Source: Methanomicrobiales archaeon | GTDB taxonomy: Archaea; Halobacteriota; Methanomicrobia; Methanomicrobiales; Methanospirillaceae | Direction of reading: 5' to 3' | DNA length: 53,811 bases | Assembly (NCBI GenBank): GCA_037137755.1 | Contig: JBAXJR010000014.1 | Location: 1-53,811, forward strand | Shown here: positions 1-9,278 of the stretch, piece after piece | Layout of the letters: every line of letters begins with the position of its first letter | Numbering within the stretch: position 1 is the first letter of the stretch | The notes under the pieces: model-generated | Told to the model about the DNA's origin: nothing | The model's database searches: none | The model's input: the letters and a program-made list of their open reading frames with translations, nothing else | Translations under genes and position numbers: made by a program

Positions 1-1
1 G

Positions 2-451
2 GTTGCGAGTGAGGTAAAATCTCTTGCACAGGGATCCCGGCAGTCAGCAGAGAATATCGGGCAAATGATAACGAGTCTCCAGAAGAAAAGCCAGGATGCT
101 GCAAATGCCATGGCACAGGCGGGGATAGCGGTAAAAGAGGGAAATACAGCACTTGTTGACACACTGCGGATATTTAATGAACTCACCGGTTCGGTGGCAG
201 ATATCAGTAAGAAGATGGTCGCTGTCGCCGGGGCTACCGAGACACAGGCGGCATCATTTGAAGAGATCACTGCAAGCGTGAATGAAATGTCAGGACTTGT
301 ACGCCAGACCGCCAAGGATGCACTGAATTCCTCAACCACAAGCGAGGAAGCCCTTTCCGTGGTGCATAATATTACCCAGGTTATCAAGGAAATTAATGCG
401 GCAATAACGACGATCAACAAAGAAATGGGCAAGTTTAAGCTGAAGTCATAA
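2..451 (+). CDS. Methyl-accepting chemotaxis protein, C-terminal part (5'-truncated by window)
   Basis: Open frame from base 2 reads VASEVKSLAQGSRQSAENIGQMITSLQ..., the MCP signalling hairpin, followed by methylation helices (QAASFEEITASVNE). Confidence 0.9.
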   Translation, partial: VASEVKSLAQGSRQSAENIGQMITSLQKKSQDAANAMAQAGIAVKEGNTALVDTLRIFNELTGSVADISKKMVAVAGATETQAASFEEITASVNEMSGLVRQTAKDALNSSTTSEEALSVVHNITQVIKEINAAITTINKEMGKFKLKS

Positions 452-460
452 AAAAAGAAA

Positions 461-1087
461 TTACTTTTTTTCCCTGGCAGGGGTCTCTGTGGATAACTGA
501 GATGATTGTGTCCCATCCTGCCCGAATTTGTTGATCATGCTGGCGATCGCACCTGGAGGGAGAATATATTCCACTGAACCAGTGGCGATCGCCGCGAGCG
601 GCATGCTCCTGATGGCACATGTTACGGGATCCTGCACTATCGTAACACCCCCGAGTTTCCTGATGTGGTCAATTCCTGTTGCACCATCCTCCCCCATTCC
701 GGTGAGCAGGATACCCATCAGCAGGTTGCCTGTTCCAGGGTGGATCGATCCCATGGTAATATCGATGGATGGCCTGACCCCATGAAGCTTTTCGGCATCA
801 GAGAACCTGAAAACCCGGTTGTTCCTGAGTAGAAGGTGCCGTCCTCCCGGGGCGAGATATACGGTCCCCGTATGAATTGAATCTCCTTCAGAAGGGATAA
901 CGACGGGCGCACCACATCTCTGGTGAATGTGGGCGCCGAGCAGGGGCACAAAAGACGGAGAAAGGTGCTGGACGACAATGATTGCTGCAGGAACCCGTAC
1001 CACCCCGGAGAAGATCTCTTCAAGGATCTGTGGCCCTCCTGTAGAGGATCCAATAACGATAATCGGACAGAGATCGCCTGCTTTCAT
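461..1087 (-). CDS. cheB: CheB-type methylesterase lacking a receiver domain
   Basis: Catalytic triad motifs GSSTGG, VQH, LTGMGEDG; RPSID; only 208 aa, no REC domain. Confidence 0.88.
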   Translation of the reverse strand: MKAGDLCPIIVIGSSTGGPQILEEIFSGVVRVPAAIIVVQHLSPSFVPLLGAHIHQRCGAPVVIPSEGDSIHTGTVYLAPGGRHLLLRNNRVFRFSDAEKLHGVRPSIDITMGSIHPGTGNLLMGILLTGMGEDGATGIDHIRKLGGVTIVQDPVTCAIRSMPLAAIATGSVEYILPPGAIASMINKFGQDGTQSSQLSTETPAREKK

Positions 1088-1106
1088 GATGTGAGATCCA
1101 CGACGG

Positions 1107-1532
1107 TTATCGACTCAGGTATTTACTATATAGCCGGACCTTGTTTACCAGTTCTTCAGGTTCAAACGGCTTGGTAATATAGTCAAATACATACTCCTGG
1201 AGGCCAATCATCTTTTCATCTGGTGAATTTTTTGCGGTCAGCATCGCTATGAGAATGTTATCTCCCAGACCCTCGTTGTTAATAGCACGGATTGTATCCC
1301 ACCCGTCCACCTCGGGCATCATGATGTCAAGAAGGACAACTCCTGTGAACCCTGCTTTCAGGAGATGGATGCATTCATGACCACTCTCCGCCATTTCTAC
1401 CGGAAAGCCCGCTTCATTGAGTACCGTTTTTACTGCAACCAGAATATGCCGGTCATCGTCGACAATCATAACTCTTTCCTTTGTATCTGAACTGACAGAA
1501 GAAGCAGTATCTTTGCCGGGATGTCCTATCAT
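1107..1532 (-). CDS. Single-domain response regulator (REC)
   Basis: VMIVDDD, LLDIMMP, LTA, KPF; ATG at 1532 follows a GGGGTG RBS (GTG 1538 is an alternative start). Confidence 0.9.
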   Translation of the reverse strand: MIGHPGKDTASSVSSDTKERVMIVDDDRHILVAVKTVLNEAGFPVEMAESGHECIHLLKAGFTGVVLLDIMMPEVDGWDTIRAINNEGLGDNILIAMLTAKNSPDEKMIGLQEYVFDYITKPFEPEELVNKVRLYSKYLSR

Positions 1533-1610
1533 ATACACCCCTTCTTATCCTATGATATTAAAGATTCCCCGGGAATGTGCACCAGGGTCTCTCGTGGCGC
1601 AAATTTTTGC

Positions 1611-4600
1611 TCAGATACGCCTTGGAAGGGTAATGGTAAAAGTAGAACCACACCCTTTCCCGGGGCTTTCAGCTGTTACGTTTCCCCCGTACAGGTGAGC
1701 AATGCGGCTCACGATGGTAAGGCCAAGACCTGATGAATCCCTGTCGTGCCGGGACATATCAGCCTTGAAAAATTCATCAAATATCCGGGTTGTCTCTTCG
1801 GGGTTCAGGCCGATCCCGGTATCAGTGACAGAGATCGATATAAACCCTTCAGCCATCCTGGAAGAAATCGTAACCTTTCCCCCTTCTGGTGTATACCTGA
1901 TTGAATTACTGATGAGGTTATCAAGGATACTCTCGAGATGAAGTGGCGTAATCCATATCCTGGTATCCGGACCAGCAGTACTTTCAATGAAAATCCCCCT
2001 TTTTTCAGCCATCCATGCGTGTTTAATGACGCCCTTTTCTATTTCATCAGCGAGGACCATCTCCCTGGTATCTGGTGTGGTATATGGCCTGTTAAGCTGT
2101 GCGAGGGTGAGAATATCAGCAATAAGATGTTTCATCGATGCTGCGTCGCTCATCACCATTGCAAGGAGTTCGCGGAGTTCCGGATCCTGTTCCTTTTTAT
2201 AAATATGGGGAAGGAGTGCGATGATCGGTGTGAGCGGTGTTTTAAGGTCATGACCCGCCTGGGCGATGAACTCATCTTTCTGGCGGAGGAGTTGCTCAAC
2301 CTGGTCAGTTCTCTCCTTCACCTGCCGGTCAAGTTTTTTAAGTTCCGTAATGTCACGGAGTGACACAACACTCTTTTTTGTGCCGGGAATTATGGCGACG
2401 CTCAGGGCGGCATCCCTTATTTCACCGTTTTTATGGATAAATCTGAATTCATAGTCCCTGGGCGTGGCGCTGGGATCTTTCCACCGGATCATCTGGTATT
2501 TCTGCATCTTCTCAAGGTCTTCAGGTGCAACCAGGGTCGACCATTTTACCAGGCCTTCGATCTCTTCCCTTGAATAGCCCCAGATTTTTTCCATCTCTTC
2601 ATTGACATGTGAAATTACTGAATTTTCTTCAACGAAAATCATCGCAGTCCCGGTATTTTCAAAGATCGTCTTGTACAATTCCTCCGCCTGTTTCCGTTCG
2701 GTAATATCCAGCAGGGAAGCGATGCTCTTCTTCGTCCCCGGAATTACATCAATGAAGAGGTAGATGAAGCGTATATCCCTGGATTTTGTGATAAAACGAA
2801 ATTCATACCGGGTGAGCGCCTTCTCCCGTTCCTGCCTGCGCAGCAGGTGTTGTGCACGCATACGTTCCATGTCATCCGGGATCACAAATTCAGTCCAGCT
2901 TTTCTTTCCTTCGATCTCATCCTTGGATAAACCGCTGAGTTGAGCGAACCCGTTATTGGCCAGTTCAATGATACTGTCCTCATTAAGAACAACGGTTGCT
3001 GTGCCTGTATTTTCGAAAACAGTGCGATATTTCCCCTCACTTTCTCTCAGATCCTGTTCATTCCGGGTGAGTTGATCGAGGGTCTGCTTCAGTGCATTCT
3101 CCGCCTGTTTAAGCCCGGTGATATCAACAACTGATGCGACACTCTGGGTCGTTCCGGGAATCAGCCGCACATTATTCAGGCAATTCCTTATTTCCCCGTA
3201 CCTGTTGACAAACCGGAACTCATACACCACCGGGGCTCCCGATGGATCATCACGGCGGTCATGATGATACTGTTTCATCCGTTCCAGGTCTTCAGGGACT
3301 ACAAATTCAGTCCAGCTTTTCTTCCCTTCCAGTTCATCGATGGAAAAGCCGGATAATTTAGCAAATCCCGAATTTGCAAGGGTGATTGTAGTGTCCTCGC
3401 TAATAATTATCGTGGCTGCCCCGGTCGTTTCAAAAATAGCCTTGTAAACATTCCGTGATTTTTCAAGGTCAATTTCAACCTTTTTTCGATCGGTGATATC
3501 CCGGACAATCGACCCGATGCGGAAGCCCTTTGCTGTGCGGATGGGAAACGCAAACTGCTGGATATATCGGCGCTCCCCGTCCCTCCGGATAATCTCATCT
3601 TCCAGGGGACGTGAAAAGGACTCTGAAATGCCGGTCCGGAGCTCTTTATCGATTCTTGTTCTGATCCTCCCGATCCGGTCATGCTCCGCGTGTTCAGGGA
3701 CTACCGTTGACACCACAAGATCGGCATACAACCTGCCGAGCGCTTCATTTCCGGGTATGCCGGTTATCAGGGCTGCAGCATTGTTCCATACAATCACCGT
3801 TCCTTCTTCGTCAGCTATAACAATACCGTCAGATGATTCCTGGACCAACGAGCGGAACGTCTCCTCTCTCTCACGGAGCGCCTCCTCGGTAACTTTACGT
3901 TGGGTGATATCCCGGATTGACTCAATCGCCCCGACCACCTCACCATGGGAGTTTTTAAACAGGACTGACTTCCCCCAGAGAAAGACCTCTTTCCCGCCAA
4001 CAGTTGCACGATCGGTCTCAGCGGTAAGGGCATTGCCTTCCTTTTTCACGGACAAGTAGTTATTTAAAATCCTCTGGTCCTCCACCATGACAAGATCAAT
4101 AAGTATCGGGCGACGATCACCATAGAACGGAATTGAATACTCATAGTTACCTTTCCCAAGCATATCTTCCGCTCTGACACCGGTCATTTCTTCGATAGCC
4201 TGGTTCCATGCAATCACCCTGCCCTCATAATCAATTGCGAACGTGGCGTCAGGAAGGAAGTTGATGATATCTTCAAGTCGCCGTTCTGTTTCACGTAGTG
4301 ACTCTTCCGCCCGTTTGCGTTCGGTTATATCCCTGCCTTCAGGTATGAGATATACGATACGGCCTGATTCGTCAGTGACCGGTTTTAGGGAAAAATCTAT
4401 TGCACGGATGCTTCCGTCGATTGCGGGATGTGTGGCCTCAAACCGTATGAACTCACCCTGCGCTGCCAAATGCACGGCAGATTTCAGTTCCTCCTGGAGC
4501 TCCGGTGAATGTGTCCACCAGGCGGTTTCCCAGAATGGTTTCCCGATGACATCATCCCGGGGGATACCGAGGGACGATAGGGCGCTCTGGTTTGCATCGA

Positions 4601-6419
4601 TAAGAATGCCCTCCAGCGTTATAAGGCCGATAAACTGGAAACTCTGGTTGAAAATTGCCCGGAACTTCTGTTCGCTCTCCCTTTGTGCCTGCTGTGCAGC
4701 GGTGATCGCTTCAACCTGGTGCCGGAGTTGCTCCTCATCGAGAGCTATATGCTCATATGATGCCAGCAGTTCCTCATTTTTCAGTTTCAGAGCCATCTCC
4801 CTTTCTTTGAGCTCTGTAATGTCCCGTCCCACAGACTGGAACTCTTCTAATTTACCCTCTGAATTAAAGATCGCGCGGTCAACCCATCGCTGCCATCTGA
4901 TATTACCATCAGGCATGATGATCCGCTGCTCGATTGTCTCAACCGGGTGTTCGGGTGTACGGGTGGAAAGGACCCGGGCAACCATCTCCCTGTCTTCCCG
5001 GGGGAGGTCAGGGCTGAACCGACTACCTATAATATTCTCACGGGCAAGTCCGAAATAACGGCAATATGCTTCATTAACGAAAACATGTGTTCCATCCGGA
5101 AGAAAACGGCAGATAAACTCGGTCTGGTCCTCGATAACATTCCTGAACCGTGCCTCACTCGCCTCCAGCGCCTTCCGGGAACGGATACGGACAAGGGCTG
5201 TACCTACCTGCAATGCCATCGTCTCAAGTGTCTGGCGGGTTGATATCGGGATCTCAGCCATAGTGTGTGATGCCAGGTTCAGGATAGAAATCAGTTCTCC
5301 TTCATGCATGAACGGTATGGAGGCGAGGGCGTTCACCTGTTCCATGTCACGGATCTCGTCTTTGCCAGGTTGGCGAATTTCAGAATATCGCCCATAAAAC
5401 GGAATGCCCGTGCAAGCACGTTGTACCTGCGCAGATGTGGCGTCAAAGTGTGACGTGTGTGCAATAAACTGCGGAGATAGCCCGCGATGAGCCACGATAT
5501 CGAGGTCTCCGGTTGCCGGGTCCGCCATATAGATCCCACCTGCATCAAGCCCTTCGATTTGCAGGGCTGCGGAGAGGATCTGCTTTAAGGCATCATCGAG
5601 GTTGGTGCAATGATTCAGTGCAAGGCTCAGGTCATGCTGAATTTTGAGCGCTTCCTCCGCCTGCCTGCGTTCGGTAATATCGGTAAAGAAATTCAGCGTT
5701 GCAGGGCGTCCTTCCCAGTCGATCATGACGATACTTATCTCAACCCAGCTGATGCTTCCGTCTTTTGAGTTCACCCGGAAGCTGTAGGAGGAGGGGGTTT
5801 CCTCGGTATTCAGCCGTTTCCGGAACCGTTCTATCACCATGCTACGGTCATCAGGGTGGATAATCGCAGAAAATGGCATGGACATCAGCTCCTGTTCAGA
5901 ATATCCTGTCAATTCAACAGCCCGATGATTGAACAACCGCAGCATCCCATCCTGCGCCACGAGGATGACCTCATTCGCGTGTTCAATCAGGTTACGGTAC
6001 TTTTCTTCACTTGCCCGGAACGCGAGTTCAACCCTGCGCTGGTCGACTGCCCGTCGTACTTTATGTGCAAGTTCCGTAAACTGTGACTTTGGATCCCCGC
6101 CTTTCTGGATATAAAAATCCGCACCGTTGTTGAGCGCTTCAATGACCACCTCTTCACGCCCCCGGCCAGTGAAGATAATAAACGGGGTGGCATCCCCGCT
6201 TGCTTTCAGCTTTTTGAGAAACGTGATGCCATCCATCTCTGGCATCTGGTAATCGGAAATTATGGCATCGAATGTTCCCGGATGGAGAAGATCCAGTGCC
6301 GCGGTTGCCGAATCAATTGTTGTTATAGAAAAATCCCCGGATTGCTCAAGGAACCGCTTTCCTAACTGCAGAAGAACAGGCTCGTCATCCACATAGAGCA
6401 CCCGGATCATATCTGGCAT
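1611..6419 (-). CDS. Hybrid sensor histidine kinase: REC-PAS-GAF-multiple PAS-HisKA-HATPase
   Basis: N-terminal VLYVDDE/SDYQMP; repeated PAS/PAC ends (DITERK); H-box GHDLKTPL; N box NLISNSIRY; G boxes DTGIG and GLGL; start chosen after a GGGAG RBS. Confidence 0.93.
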   Translation of the reverse strand: MPDMIRVLYVDDEPVLLQLGKRFLEQSGDFSITTIDSATAALDLLHPGTFDAIISDYQMPEMDGITFLKKLKASGDATPFIIFTGRGREEVVIEALNNGADFYIQKGGDPKSQFTELAHKVRRAVDQRRVELAFRASEEKYRNLIEHANEVILVAQDGMLRLFNHRAVELTGYSEQELMSMPFSAIIHPDDRSMVIERFRKRLNTEETPSSYSFRVNSKDGSISWVEISIVMIDWEGRPATLNFFTDITERRQAEEALKIQHDLSLALNHCTNLDDALKQILSAALQIEGLDAGGIYMADPATGDLDIVAHRGLSPQFIAHTSHFDATSAQVQRACTGIPFYGRYSEIRQPGKDEIRDMEQVNALASIPFMHEGELISILNLASHTMAEIPISTRQTLETMALQVGTALVRIRSRKALEASEARFRNVIEDQTEFICRFLPDGTHVFVNEAYCRYFGLARENIIGSRFSPDLPREDREMVARVLSTRTPEHPVETIEQRIIMPDGNIRWQRWVDRAIFNSEGKLEEFQSVGRDITELKEREMALKLKNEELLASYEHIALDEEQLRHQVEAITAAQQAQRESEQKFRAIFNQSFQFIGLITLEGILIDANQSALSSLGIPRDDVIGKPFWETAWWTHSPELQEELKSAVHLAAQGEFIRFEATHPAIDGSIRAIDFSLKPVTDESGRIVYLIPEGRDITERKRAEESLRETERRLEDIINFLPDATFAIDYEGRVIAWNQAIEEMTGVRAEDMLGKGNYEYSIPFYGDRRPILIDLVMVEDQRILNNYLSVKKEGNALTAETDRATVGGKEVFLWGKSVLFKNSHGEVVGAIESIRDITQRKVTEEALREREETFRSLVQESSDGIVIADEEGTVIVWNNAAALITGIPGNEALGRLYADLVVSTVVPEHAEHDRIGRIRTRIDKELRTGISESFSRPLEDEIIRRDGERRYIQQFAFPIRTAKGFRIGSIVRDITDRKKVEIDLEKSRNVYKAIFETTGAATIIISEDTTITLANSGFAKLSGFSIDELEGKKSWTEFVVPEDLERMKQYHHDRRDDPSGAPVVYEFRFVNRYGEIRNCLNNVRLIPGTTQSVASVVDITGLKQAENALKQTLDQLTRNEQDLRESEGKYRTVFENTGTATVVLNEDSIIELANNGFAQLSGLSKDEIEGKKSWTEFVIPDDMERMRAQHLLRRQEREKALTRYEFRFITKSRDIRFIYLFIDVIPGTKKSIASLLDITERKQAEELYKTIFENTGTAMIFVEENSVISHVNEEMEKIWGYSREEIEGLVKWSTLVAPEDLEKMQKYQMIRWKDPSATPRDYEFRFIHKNGEIRDAALSVAIIPGTKKSVVSLRDITELKKLDRQVKERTDQVEQLLRQKDEFIAQAGHDLKTPLTPIIALLPHIYKKEQDPELRELLAMVMSDAASMKHLIADILTLAQLNRPYTTPDTREMVLADEIEKGVIKHAWMAEKRGIFIESTAGPDTRIWITPLHLESILDNLISNSIRYTPEGGKVTISSRMAEGFISISVTDTGIGLNPEETTRIFDEFFKADMSRHDRDSSGLGLTIVSRIAHLYGGNVTAESPGKGCGSTFTITLPRRI

Positions 6420-6524
6420 TACACTCCCTTGTCTGTCTGCTAACTCATATACTTCGCGCTTATGTTTCATGGATGGAATGATGCCCCGGGCAGAAGAGGG
6501 ATAAAGACCCGGATTCCATCATAA

Positions 6525-7232
6525 TTACCGTCCGGCCGTGATCAGGTCTTTCCTGACATTTGCCCTTACAAGCGGGGGTAAATGACCATAGCTGTTGGTC
6601 CACTCACCTATTACCGAAAAAACTCCGGTGACCTCTACCGGGTTGGTACGCAGTAAGACCGATCTATCATCCGGGCGTATCTCGTTGCAGATAGCTGTCG
6701 CCCATGCATCAGAAAGCGCAACATCACGGGAGAAGACGGTTACTGCATCGGCGATGCCAAAAGAGATTGATGGTCCTACGGTCCCCGAAGAGGTACATAT
6801 TCCGAGGATTTCGCTCGTAGGTGGGACAGCGAATGCCACCCGGTCACTCACGGGTGAATTTCCGGCATGCACCCCGATGAGGAGCTCCCGGTCAGAAAAG
6901 AGTGCGACATCCCCGCCATTATCCACGACACCGATCTCTGCACCGGCTTCCTGCATCGCCTCGGTCCCGGACCAGGCAATTGCCCCTGCAACCGCAGCCA
7001 TAGGTCCGACACCGGCCTTCTTTGCAGCCGAAACCATCCGTAATATGACGGGTTCATCAGATTCCGGGGTGTAAGGTTCGAATGTTGCCCCAAAAAATGG
7101 ATCACCTGCAATACAGCGCTCTACGGCCTGCCGTGCCTTAATAATCCCTTCCACTGCTGCATCGATATGGGACGACTCCTCTGCGAGGATCGTGGTTATT
7201 GTCTCACGCAGTTCGAAGTGGTGGCGGATCAT
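6525..7232 (-). CDS. UPF0280/COG2122 ApbE-like protein (MA1715-type sulfide assimilation factor)
   Basis: GPMAAVAGAIA, VDNGGD, GICTSSGTVGPSISFGIADAVTV, DAWATAICN; start MIRHHF at 7232 is typical for the family. Confidence 0.88.
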   Translation of the reverse strand: MIRHHFELRETITTILAEESSHIDAAVEGIIKARQAVERCIAGDPFFGATFEPYTPESDEPVILRMVSAAKKAGVGPMAAVAGAIAWSGTEAMQEAGAEIGVVDNGGDVALFSDRELLIGVHAGNSPVSDRVAFAVPPTSEILGICTSSGTVGPSISFGIADAVTVFSRDVALSDAWATAICNEIRPDDRSVLLRTNPVEVTGVFSVIGEWTNSYGHLPPLVRANVRKDLITAGR

Positions 7233-7419
7233 GTTCATTCCAGCACGTACCCGTATGCAATCGGCATTATTGTAGGTTTGGGAGATACGGATACCAGGGC
7301 CCTGGTGCATGGTGGAAAAGAACACCAGGGTGTTACCGGCTATAACGCCCCGGTCACCACACCCGGTTACACAGGCTGTACATGTATATAGCTGAAAGAT
7401 GAAGGACTTCTGAACAGCG

Positions 7420-8793
7420 ATGGTGAAAGGAGGAAGGTGGCGCCGGCTGAAGAAATGGGGGCACTTGTACAGGGAGCATGACCTGTACATGCTCATGCTC
7501 CGGGTCGATGACTGGAAACTTGGCCAGAAAACAGAGGTCTTCCGTTCACTAGTGCCGGATATCTATCCATTCCCCCCTTTTCAACACATCACCTTGTACG
7601 GGCCGTTCCTGACAAGTGCCGGGAAGGACCCGGTTGCCGTATACAACGCCATAGAATTCGCTTCAGAAGGAATACCCGGCCTTTCATTCAACCTTTCCGG
7701 GTATCTCCGCCTTAAAGGCCGCAGAGGACAGGCGGTTACCCACCGGGTTATTCCATCCGAAGAATTTACCAGGTTTCATCATGTGCTCCTGCACTCACTC
7801 GCCACCATTGCCCACAGCCTGAGCTGGATAGACCGCGATCCCGGGATCCGGCAGTTCCACATCACCCATGCGTATAACCTTCGGACCCGTGATGCAGACC
7901 TGATCTGTACTACTGTGCAAACATGCCAGGCTAACGCAATGGATAGAAATGTTCCGGGTGATCAGTCTGAAAATAACAAAGGAAATCTTCCATCAGAGGT
8001 GAAAAAACCAGTTGTGCTTCCCGACTATGCACCGCTTACCTCACTTCGGATCATTGTCCTGAAAAATGGTGTTATCGAGAGGGAATTCGATCTTCCTGCC
8101 CGTGAATGGCTTAACCGGCAACTGGTATTTAACCAGAGCAGAACTGCGGTATCCCAAATGCAGTACCGCAAGCTAACCGGGCTGGAACTTGCTTCGCAGC
8201 CGGTACCTTTTGAAAAACCCCCGTTCATTTCTTCAGACCTGCACCTCGGTCACCAGAACATTATCAGGAACTGCAGGAGACCATTTAATAATGCGGGGGA
8301 AATGGACCGTGTTCTGATCAGCAACTGGAACCTGGTTGTTGGAGAACCTGATGAGGTCATCTATCTTGGGGATTTCCGCTACGGGAGCGAGGCATCCCCG
8401 TCATCGGAATACCTGGGTCATATGAATGGCAGGATCACGTTCATCCGTGGAAACCATGATACCGATATCCCTGATGCAATACCCTCGCTGCGGGTAAACT
8501 ATAAAGGGGACGAATTACTTTTCATCCATGACCCGGACGATGTACCGGCAGGGTTTACCGGATGGGTAATACATGGTCATTACCATAATAATGACCTGGA
8601 ACGTTTCCCATTCATCAACGTTGAGAAACGGCGGGTCAATGTAAGTTGTGAGCTGACGAGGTACCGTCCTGTCAGCCTTGAAACAATACACTCCCTGATA
8701 AGGGAATATTCAGGCCGGAAGAACCTGGAAATAATGCCAGGGACGAAAGAGATGGACACAACCATGGCTGCACATCGTGACCGCTGGTACTAA
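7420..8793 (+). CDS. Fusion of an N-terminal 2H phosphoesterase (2'-5' RNA ligase-like) and a C-terminal calcineurin-like metallophosphoesterase
   Basis: Two HxT motifs (QHITL, FHITH) ~90 aa apart; then SDLHLGH, GDF, GNHD, HGHYH; true start uncertain (7420-7489). Confidence 0.82.
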   Translation: MVKGGRWRRLKKWGHLYREHDLYMLMLRVDDWKLGQKTEVFRSLVPDIYPFPPFQHITLYGPFLTSAGKDPVAVYNAIEFASEGIPGLSFNLSGYLRLKGRRGQAVTHRVIPSEEFTRFHHVLLHSLATIAHSLSWIDRDPGIRQFHITHAYNLRTRDADLICTTVQTCQANAMDRNVPGDQSENNKGNLPSEVKKPVVLPDYAPLTSLRIIVLKNGVIEREFDLPAREWLNRQLVFNQSRTAVSQMQYRKLTGLELASQPVPFEKPPFISSDLHLGHQNIIRNCRRPFNNAGEMDRVLISNWNLVVGEPDEVIYLGDFRYGSEASPSSEYLGHMNGRITFIRGNHDTDIPDAIPSLRVNYKGDELLFIHDPDDVPAGFTGWVIHGHYHNNDLERFPFINVEKRRVNVSCELTRYRPVSLETIHSLIREYSGRKNLEIMPGTKEMDTTMAAHRDRWY

Positions 8794-8885
8794 TTACCTG
8801 TGAAATCTGAATGTTCCAGCTTTTAAAGGATAATCCTGCAGGTTAAGGTATTCCCTGCCAGTAATAAAAAAGGAGACCGGATTTT

Positions 8886-9278
8886 TCAAAACTCGTCTTT
8901 ACGGTAGAGGGCCTGGTGAGGACATGCATCCATGCACCTTCCACAAAGTACACAACGCCCTTCCCTGACGCGGACTACCCATTGATCGTCGAGGTAGAAT
9001 ACTTCATGGGGGCAGATACTGATACAGGCACCACAGTCAACGCACTCGGTCTCATCCAGAATGATCCCATGCTCCAGGACTCTGACTGTCGCCCCAAGGC
9101 TTGCCATCTTTTCCTTGACGATCTTGCATGATTCGTCCGGGATGTCAATAAGTGCCTCACCTTCGGATGAATCAATGATTGCCCGCTCCACGTTGATCAG
9201 CACCCCTGTTTCCTTTACTACCTGTGCAATTATCGGTTTCTGGCCTGCTTTTCTGGAAAAATTTACAAGGAGTTTCAT
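8886..9278 (-). CDS. NIL domain-2[4Fe-4S] ferredoxin (MA1822-type partner of DUF39-CBS)
   Basis: CVDCGACISICP and CVLCGRCMDACP; NIL-like N-terminus (PIIAQVVKETGVLINV); ATGA overlap with the upstream gene. Confidence 0.88.
   Translation of the reverse strand: MKLLVNFSRKAGQKPIIAQVVKETGVLINVERAIIDSSEGEALIDIPDESCKIVKEKMASLGATVRVLEHGIILDETECVDCGACISICPHEVFYLDDQWVVRVREGRCVLCGRCMDACPHQALYRKDEF

Noticed and set aside
3493-5058. Plus-strand ORFs of 188 and 271 aa
   Set aside because: Ser/Arg-rich antisense shadows of the PAS kinase
7233-7496. Long N-terminal extensions in the ORF track (COG2122; similarly ArsR, corA, cbiE, hisH)
   Set aside because: Non-homologous sequence upstream of better-supported internal starts
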